The notes under the pieces: model-generated
What the model was told of the DNA's origin: nothing
What the model saw: only the letters and a program-made list of their open reading frames with translations
The model's database searches: none
Shown: one piece after another, positions 56,683-64,000 of the stretch
Numbering within the stretch: the first letter of the stretch is position 1
Layout of the letters: the number at the start of each line of letters is the position of its first letter
From: Octopus vulgaris
Taxonomy: Eukaryota
Reading direction: 5' to 3'
Length of the DNA: 64,000 nt
Assembly: GCA_951406725.2 (NCBI GenBank)
Contig: OX597822.1
Coordinates: 20,150,001-20,214,000 of the forward strand
Translations under genes and position numbers: made by a program

Positions 56683-57479
56683 GTACTTGTAGATAGAGTC
56701 CTTTTATTCATCTCATATACATTTGCCCTGCATCTATTCTGTTGAAATCTTTGGCAGCGTCCAATCTCCTCAAAAACTACAGATTTGTCTTTCTCAAAAC
56801 TTTTCTCCTTTCTTTCAAAAGAGACAAATATTTAAGAATTATCACGTTTCCAGCATCGCTTTGCTAGGACTAATCTTAAAAACTGTCCCTACAAACTTCC
56901 TTACAACTTAGTTCAGATCTCACTGGTGTTAAACTGCACCTCCACTTATAGGTTTAACGAGAGATCCTCTATGCGATTGCTAAGCTTGTTAAAAATAGTA
57001 GCCCAATCTCTATCAAATACATTCTACCATTATTAGAAGGACATCGGATAGCATTCTCCAAGAAAACTAGTCGAAGTAAATATGAGATGTTCACGACCAA
57101 AATGCGTTTGGTAAAAATTAACTCGAGGTTAAACTACAACACAAATAACAACTACATCATGTGTCGACCTAACGAGAGGACTCAATGTTGTCACATAACG
57201 TTCTAGAAACAGCAGCAGCCAAATCTTGCTCAAAACATACCCTACTTCCTTAAAACAAAGAGCGAAAATATATATAAAGTCTAAATGTTTTATGATAGAT
57301 TTATTAAATCAAAACGTAGTCCTCAAATCAGACGACCACCAACACCATCAGCACTGCATCAGCAACAATATTATGAGCAAGATCTGTGACAAACATATGC
57401 GAAACGGCATATTGTTTAGTTGATTCTGTCTACTAACAACTAGATGTTTGAGCCAATAAGCTAATATTAAGAACTTCCT

Positions 57480-57722
57480 GGTCACTCTACCACGGTACTT
57501 CACCGGGGTACACTACCAGCCATTCCACTCAGCCATTGTTTCAGACCACTCCACTTCGTTACTCCACGAAGTCACTTCACTAGATCACTTCAACAAGCCA
57601 CTCCACAAGGGCCCTCTACTACGCCATTCCACGAGGTCCCTCTACCACGCCACTCCACTAAAATACTGCACCAGGTCACTCTGTTAGAGTATTCCACCAC
57701 GCCACTCCACCAGTCTATTCCA
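57480..57722. repeat. Degenerate 13-bp minisatellite (~19 units, consensus ~ggccactccacca)
   Basis: Units such as cgttactccacga, agtcacttcacta, agccactccacaa, cgccattccacga, cgccactccacca. Confidence 0.75.
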
Positions 57723-58239
57723 GCTGAAGAACTTATCAGAGCCTAGAATATGCGTTTATTCTTTTATAAACGGGTGGCTGCGTTACCAAGTATGACAGGA
57801 ACTTCAAGAAGGCCGCTGGGTTCAACGGTCGAAACGTTGTGACTGTAGCTACTAAAATGTGGACACTAGTTCGATTACATCTCTGTATACAATCATTCAG
57901 TATCATGTATTATAATCAAATATCTTACTAGATATTTTGGTGGAGAAATTTTATAGATTACTGGTAGACAAGTGATGAGTCATTAGATAGGATCTTCTTT
58001 GCCCTCCTTGTTGTTTCCTTGTATTAAACAACGCTTTTACTCCTATATTTCAACCTTGAATCGTTCCAAATAATTTTGAAGTATTTTCAAAACCATGGTT
58101 CTGAAATAACCATTTCTTGTAATGCCTCAACTATTAAGTCTGTTAAGACAGATATCTTTGTCTTATGAATTTCTGATTTGTTTTTTTTTGCTTTCTTTAT
58201 GTTATACTTCGATTCATCGACCATATTTTCTTTTTGAAC

Positions 58240-58609
58240 ACGTTTCAGTCATCAGATTGCAGCTATGTTGGGGCATCGCCTTGAAGAATTAGTCGAATGA
58301 ATCGACCACAGTACTTCTTTAAATCCTGGTATTTATTCTATTGATTCTTTTGTCTAACCGCTAAGTTACGGGAATGTAAACACGCTAACACCGGTTTTCA
58401 AGCGGTGGAAGGGGACAAACACAGACAAAAAGACACACACACACACACACACACACACATTTATAAATACGATGGGCTTCTTTCAGTTTCCAACTACCAA
58501 ATCCATGGACGAAGCTATAGTAGAATACACTTACTCAAAATGCCACAAAATCTGAACCCGGAACCATTAGGTCGGAAAGCAAGCTTCTTACCACAGTCAC
58601 GCCTGCGCC
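58240..58609 (-). mobile_element. SINE family A copy
   Basis: Reverse complement of 62826-63236 with internal (CA)n. Confidence 0.85.
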
Positions 58610-59844
58610 TTCAATCTTCATTTATTCTTTTGCTTTTAAAAGTATTAGCTCATATCCATTGGGTTATTTTCCTTTGCTACGTAAAGTGTTTATTCTGTTT
58701 TAACTAATCGTATATTCCCCGGTCGCTGTTATCTATCTTCTGTAAGAATGCAGTGTTTATCTAATCCCGCATGTTCAATAGCCATGACAATATAACTGAC
58801 ATACACTAGCTAAATTGATATATTGTAATATTGAATTTGTTTCTCTACATTGTACCGGTATCATATAATAGAAGATTAGAAGATTAAATTAAAACATACT
58901 CTATGGACTCCATTAATCTACATTCATTAAATTATTCGTTGATTCTCGGCAGCAGAAATGAGAAGAAGCAGCAAAATCTATTAGATTCTGAATGGAAATT
59001 AAACGCGGAAAATTGTGTGCAGAAATTGCAATGGCGTTCGACCCCGAGCAGCTGTGCGTAGTTTTGACAATATTTCACCGAAATGTTAAGAAACTTGGCT
59101 GAATAGGTGACGGTAGACTTCACGGCCTGCTCCAAATATTTGCCACAGCTTTCGATAACAGAAACAGAATGGTGTGAGACATTGATACCTGTAACAAATA
59201 ACGGTCGAATGGCTCCAGAGACAACAAGTCTCTTGGACAACAAGATTTATAGGATTACATTTTTATATTGCATTTCATGAGCTATAGTATCAATGGTTAC
59301 GGTTTTGCAGGGCACCAATCAATGGTTCACTGAATTTACAACAGCCGCACGACAGACAAGGGAAACTAGAAAGCAACGAAGGTAAATTTGTTGGAAAGCT
59401 ATGCTTTATGCATTCTCGTTTATGTTTACATCTTTTGCCAATAAAGTTCGCCAAACAATACAAACACAGACACACTAGCACAAACTCACCCTCTACACGC
59501 AAACACACTCACACAAAATAGACACACAAACAAAATTAATATGTGGTAGAAAGTACTTACCAAAGGTGGTACAATCTGATAACGAACGAACTGAGAATCA
59601 CGTGACTCCGAGTTACTTAACTACACAAGCATGCCCGGGTCTCTAAATCCTTTACCACTTGGATATTTTTAATGCAGGGCTTGATATCGAAAAAAAAAGA
59701 GAAAGTGGTCATGGGGAATCCTTAGATCGTAAGTCTACGTAACCGGAGCTGACCTGATTATTATCATTATAATTATAATTATTATTATTATTATTATTAT
59801 TGCAGTATGCCTGACAGATCAGCTCACCACTGAGTTCAATCGAA

Positions 59845-60010
59845 TCTGGTGTGTTTATGACCCCGTCACTTAGCGGTTCGGCAAAACAGATCGCTAGAAT
59901 AAGCACTAGGCTTACAAAGAATAAGTCTCATGGTTGAATTGCTCGACTAAAAGCGGTGCTCCAGCATGACCATAGTCAAATGACTGAAACAAGTAAAAGA
60001 GTAAAAGAGT
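59845..60010 (+). mobile_element. SINE family A, 3' half
   Basis: ccccgtcacttagcggttcggcaaaa...gcggtgctccagcatg...tgactgaaacaagtaaaagagtaaaagagt. Confidence 0.9.
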
Positions 60011-60350
60011 GTAGTTAATTTTTGTTGTTTTTGTGTGTGTTTCTGTAGATCTTTCGATATATTAACAACGCAACAGATATTTAGAAAAAAAGACTTTTAT
60101 TTTGAACAATTTATGAAGGCACGGGCATGATTGAGAAATGTATTTACCGGCAGCATAGTGATGGGGAACGACCAAGTCTCAGTGAAAAGAAATGCCAAGG
60201 TCTTCAGCAGTACTTTCCCCAGAATATGAAACTCTGTATGTGAGGAGTGTTTATATTTTTTAGCAATAATATATTGAGTTAAACTGTAAACATCTTACTT
60301 TAAGTCGTTGTTCCATTCAGTAATAATAGGTACATGTTAAATTTTAGCTG
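59987..60350. repeat. Left arm of inverted duplication (partner 63635-64000)
   Basis: Reverse complement of the last ~365 bp of the window; 4 mismatches counted over the first ~325 bp. Confidence 0.95.
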
Positions 60351-60354
60351 TCTT

Positions 60355-60725
60355 TACGTTGGAGTTCCAATTTCCTACCCCCCACAGAAAAATCGACTTT
60401 GCCTTTCATCTTTTTAGGGTCGATTACATAAGTACCAGTTGAACAGTGGGGTCGATATAATTGACTTACCTCCACTCCCAAATTGCTGGCCTTGTGCCAA
60501 AATTTGAAGACACCATTATTATTACTGGCCGAATCGTTAACACTCTGAGTAAAATGTTCATCGGTATTTTCTCTGTCATTACGTTCCAGTTCAAATTCCG
60601 CCGAGGTCGACTCTGCATTTCATCCTTTCGGGGTCGATAAAATAATTACCAGTCGAGTACTGAGGACGATGTAATCTAATTACCCCTTCCATTAGAATTA
60701 CTGGTCTTGTACTAAATTTTGAAAT
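60355..60725 (+). mobile_element. Two tandem SINE family B copies
   Basis: Repeated tcgact.tgc.tttcatc.ttt..gggtcgat...taccagt...aaatttgaa. Confidence 0.8.
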
Positions 60726-60742
60726 CACCATCATCATCATCA

Positions 60743-60777
<35 letters not shown>

Positions 60778-60824
60778 GTTGTTGTTGTTGTTGTTGTTAT
60801 TATTATTATTATTATTATTATTTT

Positions 60825-61425
60825 ACACATGTAATTTCTGATTTATCTATGTCTATGTCACGTGTCAGTTCCAGCCCGCAGCTGCGTGACGCAACGTTTT
60901 TCTCAACACGTCAGCTGTTCCAAGTACTGGTGCCATCCGAATACTTCTTAAGGAGTTTGGTACTTGCAACTTTTGATGCTAGAATTTTGCTTTCTTTGAG
61001 ATAGTCCTAAGTGCACCGATCATAATAAGTACCAGACTCAATGGATTCTTTTCACTTCCATCCCAAGTCTTGGTACTTTCGTCTTAACAATATTTTGGTC
61101 TTCAAGTATAGTTATGTCGATGCAGGTCCATTCTTTGGACTTCTTCAATTAGGAGAGTGATGCCTGGTCGGTTATGACGCAGCCTTTTGTCTGTATACAC
61201 TAGCATGCCCCATACGAATCTTACCTTATAATTTTCTGCAACTGGTAAAGCTTCGTGCTCATACCACTCGTTAGAACATTCTAACATATTCTTCTTGTAC
61301 AACTCGCAGTTATTCGCATTGCTGAAATAGTCCTGGATTCCTTGTATATCGTTTGGGGTAGTTTTGAGTATCCACAAATTATATGTCTGACCGTCTCTTA
61401 CTGTGTGGAAAAGTCATCTGAGACA
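60825..61425 (-). mobile_element. R4/Dong-type LINE 3' fragment (CCHC + RLE domain) ending in (TAA)n
   Basis: ETVRHIICG, WYEH..PVAEN, YTDKRLRHNRPGI, IIGALR, VLGTADVLRK; minus-strand 3' end runs into taataataa. Confidence 0.8.
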
Positions 61426-61444
61426 TTTATTATCATTATTATTA

Positions 61445-61979
61445 TTGAGTGAGAGAGCAATTCATGCCATCAAAGTGACACTGGGGTAAAATATACGAAG
61501 CCCAATATACCCATTATGACTACCCATCTGATAAGGGTACACCAGGCACATGCATCACAACCATATGTGCGCGACATGGTGATCTCATATGAAGATAAAC
61601 AGCACATGACCTTGCAGGTGGGGCCCAGTGAGAATTTTCTTCAAGTTGAGTAGCCCATCCCGCTTAAACGGTCCCTGAATAAGGGTTGTTTAAGGATGTT
61701 GAACGAAACACCCCTGTTTCCAGAGGTGAATTATTCAAACCCCAAAGAATCCCTCTCAACACATGGCTATGATGCTCCCCCACTACTTCTGCTCGTGATC
61801 AGAGATACACATATCGTCAATCACTAAGGGACATGCTCAACTGGTTAAGGTCAAACAACTGACAAGCAAATCTGTGGTATTGAGCAGAATATTTGCTGTA
61901 GCCCATCTTTTATACCAAGACAAAACAATGTATATGATAACACTTCCAATCAGTTAAGATCAGAGGCCATGCGAGCCAC

Positions 61980-61980
<1 letters not shown>
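61445..61980 (-). mobile_element. Family C (TAA)n-embedded element
   Basis: Near-identical to 48403-48948; (ATT)n on both sides. Confidence 0.9.
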
Positions 61981-62050
<70 letters not shown>

Positions 62051-62076
62051 GCAGTAGTAGTAGTAGTAGTATAACT

Positions 62077-62270
62077 AAGGCAGCGAGCTGGCAGAATCGT
62101 TAGCACGCCTAACAAAAATGCTTAGCGGCTTTTCGTCCGTCCTTACGTTCTGAATTCAAATTCCGCAGAGGTCGGCTTTACCTTTCAACCTTTCGAGGTC
62201 GATCAAATAAGTACCAGTTAAGAACTAACTGCCTCCCACGAATTTAAGGTCTTGTGCCTCTTGTAGAAAG
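62077..62270 (+). mobile_element. SINE family B, near full length
   Basis: aaggcagcgagcTGGCAGAATCGttagc (A-box-like) ... gaATTCAAATTCC (B-box-like). Confidence 0.85.
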
Positions 62271-62545
62271 TATAATTACTATTATCAAGGCGGCGAATAC
62301 GAGCTGAGTAATGGGGTTGAAAGGACTCTTTCTCCTTTTTCTAAACTTTCACTGTAAAGATGCGTAACATAGAGGAAAAGATTTTTGGTGTCCTAATTAT
62401 ATCAACAATATTCATTGTGGACTGTGTGATAAGTGATTCTGTATCACAAGATTTAATTCCCAACTTCATCGCAATTTCAATAATGATTTCCCTTTCTTTG
62501 CAATTGAATTCGAGCCATTCTTTTACGAAATCGACAAATCGTTTC

Positions 62546-62660
<115 letters not shown>

Positions 62661-62661
62661 G

Positions 62662-62730
<69 letters not shown>

Positions 62731-62731
62731 G

Positions 62732-62816
<85 letters not shown>

Positions 62817-62825
62817 GTATATATA

Positions 62826-63233
62826 GGCGCAGGAGTGGCTGTGTGGTAAGTAGCTTGCTAACCAACCACATGGTTCCGGGTTCAGTCCCACTGCGTGGCA
62901 TCTTGGGCAAGTGTCTTCTGCTATAGCCCCGGGCCGACCAATGCCTTGTGAGTGGATTTGGTAGACGGAAACTGAAAGAAGCCTGTCGTATTTATGTATA
63001 TATATATATATGTGTGTTTTTGTGTCTGTGTTTGTCCCCCTTGCATTGCCTAACAACCGATGCTGGTGTGTTTACGTCCCCGTCACTTAGCGATTCGGCA
63101 AAAGAGACCGATAGAATAAGTACTGGGCTTACAAAGAATAAGTTCCGGGGTCGATTTGCTCGACCAAAGGCGGTGCTCCAGCATGGCCGCAGTCAAATGA
63201 CTGAAACAACTAAAAGAGTAAAAGAGTAAAAGA

Positions 63234-63236
<3 letters not shown>
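62826..63236 (+). mobile_element. SINE family A, full-length reference copy
   Basis: A box TGGCTGTGTGG, B-box-like GGTTCAGTCCC, CORE-like tcttgggcaagtg, internal TA/TG tract, (taaaagag)n tail; (TA)n on both sides. Confidence 0.9.
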
Positions 63237-63329
<93 letters not shown>

Positions 63330-63444
63330 TTTAATTTTCATTTTTTAGTTGCCGATGAAATGATATGCACTGCAAAAGCAGCATTCTCCGAATCATCTTA
63401 TCAGCAGACGACATCTTGGTCTTCAACCGCATAATACAGCAATC

Positions 63445-63595
63445 GTGATTGGTCATTTGCTTTATGTAGGTCACAGCATCCGTGTAATAAAGCTGCTGAT
63501 TGGTTAGACATATCACTTCTACAAAAATGCAAAAATCTTTTTTTCCTCTGTCTCACTGATTGCTGCGAAACATTTATCGATGGGAACAATCAGTT
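63445..63595 (+). promoter_or_regulatory. Candidate Pol II promoter (two inverted CCAAT boxes, Inr-like TCAGTT)
   Basis: gtgATTGGtc at 63445-63454 and ctgATTGGtt at 63496-63505 fit the NF-Y consensus; TCAGTT at 63590; motif evidence only. Confidence 0.25.
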
Positions 63596-63634
63596 TTGAA
63601 ATATCAAATTTATTAAAATATATTTCACGAATTT

Positions 63635-64000
63635 TCAGCTAATATTTAACACGTACCTAGTATCACAGAAAGGAACAACGACTTAAAGTAAGATGTTTAC
63701 AGTTTAACTCAATATATTATTGCTAAAAAATATAAACACTCCTCACATACAGAGTTTCATATTCTGGGGAAAGTACTGCTGAAGACCTTGGCATTTCTTT
63801 CCACTGAGACTTGGTCGTTACCCATCACTATGCTGCCGGTAAATACATTTCTCAGTCATGCCCGTGCCTTCATAAATTGTTCAAAGTAAAAGTCTTTTTT
63901 TCTAAATATCTGTTGCGTTGTTAATATATCGAAAGATCTACAGAAACACACACAAAAACAACAAAAATTAACTACACTCTTTTACTCTTTTACTTGTTTC
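63635..64000. repeat. Right arm of inverted duplication, truncated by window end
   Basis: Reverse complement of 59987-60350. Confidence 0.95.

Noticed and set aside
57480-57722. CRISPR-like array
   Set aside because: Contiguous 13-bp units without spacers; eukaryotic context; no cas genes

Overview
AT-rich, microsatellite-saturated eukaryotic DNA. The SINE families and repeat landscape point to a cephalopod, probably Octopus (inference, not a database result). I cannot support any intact host protein-coding gene, rRNA or true tRNA; nearly all ORFs in the track are microsatellite translations or transposon fragments. The window is a transposon graveyard: a CR1-group LINE (APE+RT), an RTE 3' fragment with a 12-bp TSD, two R4/Dong-type RLE LINE relics, two Penelope-like relics, mariner, Tc1, DD37D/maT and Tigger/pogo relics, a hAT MITE, autonomous and non-autonomous Helitron pieces, and at least four tRNA-derived SINE families. 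The points most worth following up are: (i) a minimal type-I hammerhead ribozyme with an intact core at 33740-33774 (-), plus many decayed hammerhead-like motifs in short non-coding repeats, many in or beside microsatellites; (ii) a young inverted duplication (59987-60350 vs 63635-window end) carrying splice-like signals, with a CCAAT/Inr promoter candidate beside one arm; (iii) a ~550-bp (TAA)n-targeted element, a piece of which also sits inside a TIR element. Many boundaries of decayed repeats are approximate.
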